Assembly (NCBI GenBank): GCA_012295275.1
Contig: CM022676.1
Coordinates: forward strand, 3,534,001 to 3,598,000
Reading direction: 5' to 3'
DNA: 64,000 nt
From: Chrysomallon squamiferum
Lineage: Eukaryota; Animalia; Mollusca
This document shows positions 46,376 through 58,874 of this stretch, in pieces; positions within the stretch are counted from its first letter, which is position 1, and each line of letters opens with the position of its first letter. Made by a program: the position numbers and the translations under genes. A model generated the notes under the pieces. The model saw nothing but the letters and a program-made list of their open reading frames with translations, was not told the origin of the DNA and did not search any database.

Positions 46376-47021
46376 ATAAATAATTCTTCGATCCGATAAA
46401 CTGAATACAAGCATCTCACTTGCTTTCAGCTGCTGTTCCATTTACAGATCTCAATGTCATTTCATTTGCAGGTCAACTTCACAAAACCGCTCAATGCTCT
46501 CAGTGATATTTGAAATATCTGTGTTACATAAACTTCCCTGGAAAATAGGCTGAGTTAGGAACTGTAACGCAGTATGCATAATTTGTATACAGCCTACAAA
46601 TTAGAAAAAAAAAAAAAAAGCGTAAAAAGAGAAAAAAACCAGAAAAAAAAAAGCAGAAGAAAGAGGTCACCTATATTCAGTAATCTGCGATGGAACCTAG
46701 TTAATAAAAATGCAAATTGACGTAGCTTGTCAAATTAAATAAATTTACATGCGCCTGTTCCGTGTTACATTAGCGTAACTCGACTTTTACGAATTTGTGT
46801 ACGGATTCAAATGCATGCTTCGCTTTCATAGATGTGTATTTTGACATGTACGTGGTTATTATACTTATTTAGTTCAGTTCTTCTTTTTATCTACAGCTAT
46901 CTGTATGTGTGAATGTATGTGTGCGTATGTGTGTGTGTCCATCTCTCTCTCTCTCTCCATTTTCTATATGTGTGCATGTATTTCAAACATAATTACATTT
47001 TTCAGTGAATTTTTCGTTATA

Positions 47022-47052
<31 letters not shown>

Positions 47053-48342
47053 CTTTACAATTATTACTTCTATTACTCCCTGCTCCGTTGGATTTTTCCC
47101 GTTCCTGCTGATGCCCGCGACTACTCATAAATTATTCAAGTACATTGTTTCTGTTTATGGTAAATCTAATTATCAAAATCCCTTTGATAGAACGTACCTC
47201 ATTTCCTGTATATAATAGAAGAAAAAAAAAGAAAGAAAGAAAAAAAAAAACAACGTTTGATGACAGAAAGATTAATCACAGCACTCAACACGTGACCTTA
47301 AAGCATTTTAGAGATTTCGTTTACCGTTTCAACAGAATTTGATTACGGAATAACAATAAAAGTAAAATGTAAACGAATTATCGTATTTGATGCAAATTTA
47401 ATAATTGCTTTGTAATGGAAATAGAAGGAAGCTATTATGATTTGTTCTATTCTGAATTATTTTCAGTTCAGTTATAATTGAAGTCGAGAGCTAAAGGATT
47501 TGAAAAGTTAATATGAAAAGTATATAAACAAATCCAGAAATAGTAAAAGAATAAAAATAATAAACATTCAGAGAGTAGATAAGTATTAATGATATTATTA
47601 CTACTTCTACATTGTTCAATACCTACAACACCTTTCTTTATGTCTGCTACTATACGTTTCAAACCTTAACGGCAAAATAATTCTTACTGCTACTACTACA
47701 ACAACAACTACCACTTTTGCTACACACAAACACCAGATGCTATACATCTTCTAACAAGCCAACAACAACAGCTACTACAACACACAAACATAACACCACC
47801 ACCACCACCACCATCAATTACAACTACTCTATCATCTTAGAAGCCAACAACAACACTAACAACAACGACAACAATAAAAAGTCCTTTTCTGTTTCTCTCT
47901 TTCCACGCTGGAAGATTCATGTTACGTCTCTGCTCCTACAATACACCAATTAAAGGCAGAGAAGCGAGGTTCGGAGATAAACTTATTTATATCGATCCGA
48001 AGGGTCACCGAGGCACGTTATGCCAGATGAAGATTTACTTTAATTGATCAGATGCTTTGATCAATACCCTTGTTTTTCACTTCACTGCGTTAAAGGTTAC
48101 GGGGAACATTCTTTCCTTTTTTTTTTTTTTTTTTTTTTTTTTTCACAGATCATAAATTTCCTTCAGCAAAGTGTTATGATATATATATTTTAAGAGTTCT
48201 TTGCGGATGCTGTGCAAAATAAGTTACGACTGGTATAACAGATCGTGTGGCTTTTATAATAATGTTATATATGTATCTGTATCCATATCTGTCTGTCTGT
48301 ATGTCTATCTGTCTGTCTTTTATCTATCTATCTATCTATCTA

Positions 48343-48379
<37 letters not shown>

Positions 48380-48771
48380 TTATCTACCTATCATATATAT
48401 ATATATATAAACAAACAACATTATGACGATGTCTTGTATTAGACAAGAGTTACGACTGTCGTAACTACTGAAAACCGTAAACTGGTACTTCATATATGTA
48501 ACTGCATTACCACCTTGTAAAATGTAAAATAATAATAATAATATCATTTGAAAAAAATTGTTGTAATTGTTGTATGTTAGATGTATCATTTATAATGATC
48601 CTGTATATGTAATTTTATTAGTTATCTCTGTTTCTCTTTCACTTTCATTTTATTTAATGTGTGTGCGTGTACATATGTTGCAGTCTTTGTATGTAGGGAC
48701 AAGGTATAATGACTATACAAATCGGCTTTCACAATATTAGAGGATAAAGGTAGTAACGTGTTATACCATGA

Positions 48772-48818
<47 letters not shown>

Positions 48819-49642
48819 GACACACATACACATACACATATATATATTGACACACACATACACACATATACAGACACACACATACATATATATAGACACA
48901 CACACATATATATAAAGACACACACATACACACACACACATATATATATAGACACACACACACATACACACACATATATATAATGAAGAAGAGACAGAGA
49001 CGATCCTAGTGGATAAAATGATTTTATTGACAATAATGATGATATAAATAAATTATCTTTTTTTTTTCATAACAACAACAACAACAACAACAATAGTAGT
49101 AGTAACAGTAACAGTAGTACTAATACTACTACTAATAATAATAATAATGATAAGAAGAACAGTAACAAATAATAACCATTACATTTAATTATACCGAACA
49201 TATTTCTTCGCTCATCTTAGCTCTACCCTGATTACAGATGCTGAAGAAGGCGAGAGGACTGTGAGAAACTTCTACTGATTAAGACGTTAAAACATTAATA
49301 CAATTTATCCTTGCATATTCTGCGCAAGATGTCTACTTTCATGATCCACAAAGCAGCCATTACTCTTCATCATGAATTAACGAGGATTTATGGCCCAGTT
49401 TCTGATAGATAAATGTTATTCCAGACCAAATCCGTTAATGAAAGTCTGTGATTGTCTTGATGTGCTGTCAGCTGTAAACAAAATAAACACTGGTGTAAAC
49501 AGCAACAATAACAACAACGGAATTCCCCCCAAACAACAATATAAAGTAATTAGTTCTTCCCCACAAAAACCAATTGAAAAACCACAAGAAAGATATGAAG
49601 AAACAAAAATTAATATTTAAAATGAATAAATAAATAATCAAA

Positions 49643-49683
<41 letters not shown>

Positions 49684-49860
49684 AAAATAAAAAAAAGTGT
49701 ATTTGTGTCTGTCAATGATTATGATTTCATTTCACTTACATTTCTTTTGTTTTCTTTGGGTATAAGATTGGGTGTTTGTCTTTGTGTACGCATGTATGAA
49801 TGTATATGCATGTGTGTGTGTTTGTGTGTGTGTATTTGTTTGCAGTGTGTGTGTGTGTGT

Positions 49861-49993
49861 GTAGGGATGTCGAACACATTCAATAAATTTACGTCGTCTC
49901 TATGGAAATGTGACGTAATATTTACGTGGATGATTTATTGCGCTGTCTTATACATTTTTCATCAGTGGTAATATCTCTCCGTGACAGTGTGTT

Positions 49994-50005
<12 letters not shown>
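49861..50005 (+). mobile_element. 145-bp dispersed repeat, copy 2, embedded in (TG)n on both sides
   Basis: Matches 33308-33452 at ~97% (4 mismatches by eye). Confidence 0.75.
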
Positions 50006-50041
<36 letters not shown>

Positions 50042-50397
50042 GTGTGTTTGTTTGTGTTTGTCTATATGTAGATCTTAATGTATCTGCACAGTACCTCTTA
50101 TTCTCTCCTCTGGTTCTATTTCCTTTCCTTCCATTATTTTATACGTCTTCTTTATGTTTTCCTTTTACGATCAAAGAATCACATTAGAAAGTTCAAATCT
50201 ATTAAACATCCTACATTAATGTAGGCGCAGAATGTAATTAATTAAACCTGAAAGATTTCCCTACATGTATTTAATGAAGTCATTTGCAGTCTTCCCATGC
50301 TTGTGTCTCGCATGGCGTAGCGTACAGTAATAGATAGATGTACAGGAGTGCACAGTGTAACAATGATTCCCATCATTTTGTAAATCGACGGTCGGAG

Positions 50398-52055
50398 CAC
50401 TGCCACATACCAGTTCTAAGAAGACTAAAACTGCGTGGAGAAAAATTAGTGAAATTATATACTATTAGGCAAGGCTATAAGAGGACTGCCACTTTATTTT
50501 CTTTTAGCATTCGGACATCAAGGTAAGTTATTTGGTTATCTGCTGCATCGCAATGAAATAGAAGCAAGAGATTTGCCGTAGTTGAAAAGGATTCTATGAT
50601 AGAAAATTGACTTTATATCAAGGATAGTGGATTATTCTAGAAAAAAGAAGAAGAAGAAGAAGAGGAAAAAGAAGCTGACTCAGATGAAAACAAACTAAAG
50701 AATATAACTATCATTAGCAAGTTTGATGGTGGAATGACATTCTGTGAGACACATGAATAAGAGAGGTTTGCCACAAATACAAAACAGAATTAAAAAAACA
50801 ACAGCATGTTAAGCCGATAAGAGCGTTAGAAACAAAAAAGTTGATATTAATAATAATAATAATAAAAATAAAAATAAAATATAGTACTGGCAAGAACAAA
50901 TAAATCAAGTTAAGAGGACTGCCACTCTGATTTTCAACGAAGCCGGATAAAGTTTAATAATGGGAAACATGTCAAGAAGTTTGACGCTGTGGAGCAGGTG
51001 TCACAAGTGTAATCTCAGTTACAAATGACAGTGATTTAAGTTCAGACAAATGTCGTTCTGGTGGAAGACGGATAGTGTGAAACATGACGCTGTCATGGAC
51101 TGTATGTCGACATAGGAGGACTGTCACACTGATGGAGTGACAGCAGATAAAACGGCAGCGCTAGAAAAGACGTCATGATAAGAATCTGAAAGCGACAGCT
51201 GGATCTGTAGATTTACAAAGAAGAAGATGACTTTTGTTTGACGTTAGCAGTGATTTGCTTTTATCTCAACAAAACAACGTGCAATGGACTTACGACCAGA
51301 AGCCGGTGGGAGCGGAACGTGAGGCCTGTCTGTATTACAAAGAAATCGTAACTCAAGACAATCGTTATTGCTGCTAACTGAAGAGTGTTAGAAGAAAACT
51401 AAGACTGCAGTTATCACTGGAAACGTCATTTTTAATAAATGTAATAACATATACTGGGTGAAGACAGAAGAACTGGAGAGGAGAGTTTATGGGTCAGAGA
51501 CTTTAAGAACAAAACGTAAAATTAACACTGTGGCCACACTGGAACGATTCTTGTTAAAAATCTGTTTCACTGTGGGATGACCACATAACAGCGCCAAAAA
51601 AAAAAAAAAATAAAATTATCTGTTCTGCCACTGAATAACGGTAGTTAGCAGAAAATGCAAGAACAAATCAGCAAATTAAGACAGAAACGACCACTCTGAA
51701 GCAATAATTTAAAAAAAAAGTGTGGTATTGTCCCAGTACGAAACACTGCTAGAGAAAACAGGCACTGTTTAGAAATTACGATGGTACATTAAAAAGAATT
51801 CACAGGTTATATAGAAACAGTATTAAACGTAGATTTGCCAAAGAAAATATTTTACTTTGAAAGAACCGTTCTCAGGACAATCGTTTGTAAAGTAAAAAAT
51901 ATTGCAAGCACACGCAAAAAATTACGAAAACTTAAATAAATAATAAAAATGCAATAAAATGGATATATATATACACACACACACACACATGCATATATAT
52001 ATATATGTATATAAGAGTATGTGTGTATGTATGAGAGACAGATATATATATATAT

Positions 52056-52099
<44 letters not shown>

Positions 52100-52640
52100 C
52101 AATTACTACCGATAGGCAATACATCTCCTTAGAAGACTGCCCTTTTCTTCTTCTTCCTGGTTGTTTTTTTTGGTTTTGGCTATTTTTTTTATTTTTTTTT
52201 TGGAATGAATGTTAGCTAATAACACAGAACAGTGAAGTAAATTACATCAAACTAGCAGGTCCGTCACGGAAACACAACAGTTAAAACCGTAGTCTGCAGT
52301 TCGCAATTACATCTGTCTAAGAGGACTGCCACTTCAGTCGGATGGAGAGCATTTCACGAGTGTACGTTTGTCTCGCAATTAGCGGCAGCGAACGTAACGG
52401 AGAGATACAGCTCTGGAGGAGGACAGACATTTGCGAACGCAGCTGCGTCAAGTAGAGTAATGTATCAAAAGGACAGAAAAGCCGCCACGGAGCTGGAGAG
52501 GGTTTTGAAGTTAAAATTAGAAGAATACAACGCACAATAAATTGACATCAAATTAAAAAAAAAAAAAAGTTATCCGCGTGCGAGGGAGGGCTGTCGAAAG
52601 TGAAGTTTTGAAAAGAATATCAAGTTAAGAGGTCTGCCAC
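50398..52640 (+). other. Cluster of a dispersed 15-16-nt motif TAAGAGGACTGCCAC(T) in otherwise mostly unique sequence
   Basis: Exact 16-mer at 50478, 50911 and 52318; variants at 52626, 51113, 50758 and ~50395; all in the same orientation. Confidence 0.85.
50508..50522 (+). other. Candidate 15-nt microexon CATTCGGACATCAAG
   Basis: Preceded by CTTTATTTTCTTTTAG and followed by a perfect GTAAGT; length divisible by 3; no stop within the exon in any phase. Confidence 0.3.
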
Positions 52641-55600
52641 ATTACTCGGAGGCGTGAAGATAATTTTAGAACTGTCATGCAAAAAAAAAGCCTACGTAGA
52701 AATTAAGAAACATTCCATTGTTTTGAGGAATAAAGTCTAAAGTAGCAGTCCTGCCAAGTACAGTCGACGTTATCTGTAATTAACAGACCGGTTCTGTGTG
52801 ACTAAGATGTTCAGTTTATTTGGAAAGTTGAACGAGAGAACTGATTCTGTTTGTCAGTTCAACATCTAAGTTTACCTGTTTTTCTGCCACATAGATCTTC
52901 ATTTGTTTAACTTATTTACCAGCAGTAATCTTATTTGTTACTAGCTGTAACCAGAACTGCAGAGGAGTATTATAAATACATACATACTCACATATACATA
53001 CATAGATACTTACATACAATCATACATACGTATATACATAGATACATACCTACCTACATACGAAAAACACATATTTACATACGCATACATACATATATAG
53101 TTATATACAGATACACACAGACAGATACAGACAGACAGATATCCAGCAATCCTTTCTTGTCAGTTTTAAAAATTAACAGAAATGTTTTATCAAGGATTAA
53201 AAACCAAATAATAATAATAAATAGTAATATTTCATTACTGTGACCAGAACTCTAATTCATCTTACAAAAAAAAAAAAAAAAAAATAATAATAAACAAATT
53301 AAACAAATAAAAAAAATATAAAAAATATAAAAAAATAATTAAAAAAATAATAATAAAAAAATAAAATAAATAAAAATTAATAATAAAAACAAAAAACAAT
53401 TAAAGAAAAAAAAAAAATGAAAAAATGAAAAATAAAAAATAAAAATTTAAAAAATTTAAAATCCTGGACTATTACCACAATCAGCAGTACAGACAAAATA
53501 CTAACACAATGTCTACTACTTAAGTACTCAGTGTAGTTACGTCTGTAGCTACTAGGCGTACTACTATTACTACTACTACATCATATTTAATAACAGCTGC
53601 AATTACCACTACAACTATCACAACAGTTGATATAAATATTACCACCAATACCATCACCATCACCACCACCACAACAACGACTACTACTACAACTGCCGCT
53701 GGAACTACAACCACAGTAATCACTATTTATAGAATTAATAATATTACAAGTAACAACATCCACTGCTGATGCTACTACAACTACTTTACCATTAATATTA
53801 CTGTTACTACTACTACTACTATTACTAACAATGTTAGAAGTGCTGATACTTCGTTAACGACAACACCACAAGCGTTTTAATATTAATCTCGTCTTTCAGC
53901 GCTAACGAACGTGTTTCCCTTGTACACCCTTTATCGTTCTTTCTCAGGCGATGACATTTAAGAATCCATTCAGCTAACTCGCCGTGTTTTCATTAAATCT
54001 AGGTTACCTGGTCTTCAGAGCGTACTTTTACAGAAATAAATAAATACTGACAGACTGACATACACACCTACTTATTACATTTTTAATAATAAAAAAAAAA
54101 ATAAAAAAAAGCAACAGACAAATTAGTGAACATTTCACATTCTATTTTTACTTTTTTTTAAATTAATTTATTTGTTTTTTAATTACTGTTGTTGTTGTTA
54201 CTGTTGTTGTCGTTATCGTCATCATCGTATTCATTATGATCAGTATTATTTTTTATTGCTGTTGTTGTTGTTGTTGCCTATAAAAGATCTAAGCAATGGA
54301 AAACATTAGTATACAAACTATGCAGTGCACAACACTGATGGTTATTTTTAAAATGTTGTAGAGATGTCATTAAAGACGTATCGTGTACTTTGTCATTACT
54401 CGGGCTAGAAAACAAAATTAAAAGATAAAGTTCTGGGCAGAGAAAGATTGCTAATTTCCATGACTCATTCGATTTATTTTAAACACTTTTAAATTTTGTT
54501 TCCAGCAGCTTCATTTTTTATTTACTTTTTTTTTTTTTTTTTTTTGTTATTTGACCTCAACAGTTTGCGTGTATCAATAAACCTGTCATGACGTTTCAAA
54601 CAGAAACTGAAACGTATCCTCTCGAGAGTAGGTGAGACACGATGCACGAAAAGGTACATAAGGATAACACTGGAAAACAGAAAGATTCAGATAGTGGTAT
54701 GGAAAGAAAGAGACAGTCAGAGATAAAGATACACAGAGAGAGATGGAAAGAAAGAGAAAGAGTACACAAAATCATTTTATTTTGTTTGTAATTAGTTTAC
54801 AAACATATTATATCGCTTTTAATTGATCATAAATAAATAAACGATTTTAAGTATATATTACTCGGCCTTGCATCACGTTTCGTTGGAATGGGTCACTAAG
54901 GACGGTAGTCACATTACCTAATAGAAAACATGCTTTCTGCGATGTATAATGAACACATTGTCCTGAGAGATATATGTTTTTATTTTTTATTTTTTTGTGA
55001 CAGGTATAAATGAAAGGCACGTTAATGCATGGACTGATCCAGTATTTAAGTAGGAGGGACACTAAATCATAGAGACTGTTAAAGTAACAAGAACTTTTAA
55101 AAATTACGTTTCGATTGACACGATCAGAATATGTCTAACATACTGACAGAGCCTTTCAGAAGGACATGAGACCTCCCTTAAATCTGTCATAGATCTGCCA
55201 CTGGACTGTATCACTCTGCCATGAGTTAGAGACCCGTTCCTTCAGAGACTGGATTTGTAAAACATTCTCATTATTTTTTTTTTTGGTGAAGCAATTTATC
55301 AAAGACGCTTCTGCAACTAGTAATTTTTTAAAATGTATTTCATCGTGAAACTGTTTTTTTTTTTTCTTCTTCTGTATACGAGCTATTTCAACTCAAACCG
55401 CTTCATCAATTTCGTAATGAATTGCCGTTGGTGACGTCGTTGACGTATGGGGAACACGCAGGGTGTTGTAGTTACTTGGTGTATTTCGTGTCGGCATGTT
55501 GATTGATGACGGCGTCTGCCGTTGTCGTTGTCTTCTTTAATACTAGGCATGCTCATTTCACTGAGCCCTGTCTTCAGTTGCGTGTTTAGTCGTGGGCTAT

Positions 55601-56039
55601 TTTGTAGCTTAATGTTAAGGGTTAGATGGTTGCGAGATCGATTCCGCTCAGTACCATCAATAACCTTTTATCCTTTCCAGACTTTTTTTTTCTTTTCTAA
55701 AACCTTCTAGCATTGACAAACACACACACATTGTGACTGATCTTCCTACATCTTAGATTGTTTCCTTGATATTTGGATACACTAACGCTGTTATTAAATA
55801 CTATTTTAGTCTCCCAAATTTGTTTTAATGCCAGTTTGCGTAATAAAGGTTTAACTCCAAAAGAATAAAGTTTTCTGTCTCTCGTGTGGTCGTTACAGAA
55901 TTGTCAAGTGGGAAAAATAAAAACAGAAATAAAACAGAAATAAAATAAAATAAAATAACGAATCCGCCAGATTTTGGAGTAATAAAAGTAGCATTCCATT
56001 CCCTAGACAAACAGTTGTTTTTATTTGACGAATTATCGC

Positions 56040-56410
56040 CAGAAGTTCTTTGTTTTAACCCAATCGTAGACGGGATAACGCCATTCCAGCCACGTGCCGC
56101 GGTTAACCAGCAATAACCAATCAGGTCACGCGTATAAAGGCAATAAACCAATCAAATCATTTCTTCTAGCTGGCGCCGTCCGTGTCAAGGGACGGGAAAT
56201 ATCATTCTCTTCTTGGCATGGCCCGATCACGTGACGGTACACCGTAAGACGAGTATATGACGGACACGCCGTTATTTCTCGAATGTTCTTTGACGCGGTG
56301 AATATATTCTGATTAAAGCCAGGCGGAATGGCGCAGACCTCGGGTCCCTTCGGAGTTGTAACAAGGTTAACGGCGGACAATGAAATAATTCATTTTACGG
56401 GTGATACGTC
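56040..56410. promoter_or_regulatory. CpG-rich promoter- or enhancer-like island
   Basis: CCAAT at 56117 and 56148, TATAAAG at 56133, CACGTG at 56091 and 56228; high CpG density relative to flanks. Confidence 0.3.
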
Positions 56411-56705
56411 GCTATTTCAAACACTGTACATTGTATTAGGAATGGTTTTGATTTATTAAACTGACCGAAAACTTATTTCCTCTGTAAAGGATTAGCACAG
56501 ACTATTCCCTGTGAGCTTATGTTTGTATAGCTCTGCTTTTACATGCTATAGTGTATGTGTAGATTTACTTATTTATATCTCTTTCTCTATGTATGTGACA
56601 GCGGGTATGTGGTAGTTTAAATTTAAAGGAATGCATGAAATAAGAAATTAATAAATTTCCTTCATTATAACTAAGCGTAAAATATATTTTAAAACTATCG
56701 TCATA

Positions 56706-56764
56706 TGACGTCATACGTAATTTTGCTCACTGCTTGACGTCATTATGATTGCTATATGACGTCA
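56706..56764. promoter_or_regulatory. Cluster of three perfect palindromic CREs
   Basis: TGACGTCA at 56706, 56735 and 56757. Confidence 0.5.
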
Positions 56765-56958
56765 TATATAATTATTATTAAGAACTGTACAGATAATGAG
56801 AAAGGAAACGGCCTTCGTCAGCAGCTGGTTACTCCTTAGCAGCAAAAGATATTTATAGACACCTTCTCATAAACAGTAAATATGACGATTGTTTGAGAAA
56901 ACATACACAAACGATTGAGCAGAGAAACTGTCATAGTAACAAAACTTTAAGATTATAA

Positions 56959-57024
<66 letters not shown>

Positions 57025-58425
57025 TAAATACACTCATTACCTTGAGGAATATCACTGGACCTGTATTAATGGTTTGTATTCGTTCACCGATTTCATGACG
57101 TCCCCAACCACGTTGACGTCGACGTTGCATAAAAACGTGTCCGTTCTGCTAGCTCACTTATATTTTAATAAGTCAGATTTTGATTTTTGAAAATTAGACA
57201 AGTGTAAAAAGGTTATTTAGCTGTTACTGAAGGGTGAAATTTTAATTTAGAATGAGAAGCTGAGGGACGTTGGGTCGGTACTCTATGGTGCGCCCTTTGG
57301 TTAATATTCTTGTCAAAGCTGTCATTATGTCAAAATCCAATTTTTAGGAAAGTAATTGTAAGATATCTTTTTTTTGAATTAATGTTAGCGTATAGTGTGA
57401 CTAGAATTATGTATGTTATTATACTTTAAGTATTATTTAACTAATAACAAAAAAAAAAAAAAAAAAAAATAAGATTGCTTAAGTTATTGTCAGTATATAC
57501 TATTTTATTTATTTATTTATTTATTTATTTATGTATTGAATGAGGTTAAGCCAGTAGTAGCAGTAGCTGTAGTAGTAGTAGTAGTAGTAATAGTAGTAGC
57601 AGCAGTAGTTGTAGTAGTAAAAGTACTAATAGTAGTACTGATAGTAGTAGTAATAGTAGTGAAGGTAGTAGTAGTAGTGAAGGTAGTAGTAGTAGTAGTG
57701 AAGGTAGTAGTAGTAGTAGTAGTAGTAACTGTAGTCGTATGAAAAAAAAGTATAAATTTATACTTATTTTTTAGAATAAATAATTAAATAAATAAATAAA
57801 TAAATAAATACACAAACAAAATAAAATAAAACAAAACAAAATACAATAAAATAAAATAAAATAAAATAAAATAAATAAAATAGTTACCATAACTTTTCGT
57901 TTCCAGTATCCTTCCGCGCCTACTGTTCGAGCTATTAACCGTCGACTGATGAATTATTTCGTAGAGTCCCATTAACACGGAGCAGAACGATTTGAAACTT
58001 ATTTAATATTTCACACCTGAGAGAAAATAATCGAACACAACTGCAAACCCTGCTTTGTGACAATGTCTGTCAATGAAAAATAAAAATAACTAACCGCAGA
58101 AAACAGGATTAAAAACGGTCGATAGTTTAACGTCATGAACAATATTTAAAAAAGAAGAAGAAGAAGAAAAAGGTAAAAAAAGGATTCTGAAGAGGGTAAT
58201 GACGAGTCAGATGAAGTAGTTTTTGTTGTTTGAGATTTGTTTTGTTTTTCCAGTGTTATTTGTGACGTACAAAGGTGGTTTGTTTTTATGTAACTGGAAT
58301 GATGGCTAAATGCAGAGAGAGTTAATCGTAACTTTTAACAAAGAGTAATACATTTTGTTTATAAAACTGCCTTTGTATTTGATTCTTTTTTTCATTTTAT
58401 TCGATTTTTGTTGTCATTATTATTA

Positions 58426-58462
<37 letters not shown>

Positions 58463-58842
58463 TATTATTATTATTTTTATTTGTTAAGTACAATTTTTTT
58501 CTTAATGATGGTAATAAAATGGAATAAAATAGAGAAATCTAAATAAATTAAATAAATAAATAAATAAATAAATAAACAAACAAATAAACAAATTATGAAA
58601 GAAATAAAGAAACAAACAAACAAGCAAGCAAGCAAATAAATAAATAAAATTATATTCTATAAACTATGGAATTAAATTAATGCTAATTAAAGGTCTTCTT
58701 TTTGTCATATTCTGTCACATTCGACTTTTTGTTCTTATTTTTAAATTTTTTTGGTTTCATTTTAATCTGAGAATTATCGATTTCGATGTGAAAATAAATA
58801 AATAAATAAATAAACAAATAAATAAATAAATAAACAAATAAA

Positions 58843-58874
<32 letters not shown>

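Noticed and set aside
50478-52640. Motif copies as a cluster of miR-34-like miRNA genes on the minus strand (UGGCAGUCCUCUUA...)
   Set aside because: In the copies I checked (50478 and 50911) there is no complementary star arm within ~60 nt on either side, so no pre-miRNA hairpin forms.
55605-55645. tRNA gene (A-box-like TAGCTTAATGTT, B-box-like AGATCGATTCC); similar fragments at ~3689 and ~42305
   Set aside because: The boxes are degenerate, the spacing is too short and there is no cloverleaf; at most SINE debris.
56293-56303. ACGCGGTGAAT matching the middle of miR-124
   Set aside because: The seed and 3' end are absent and no hairpin is evident; consistent with chance.
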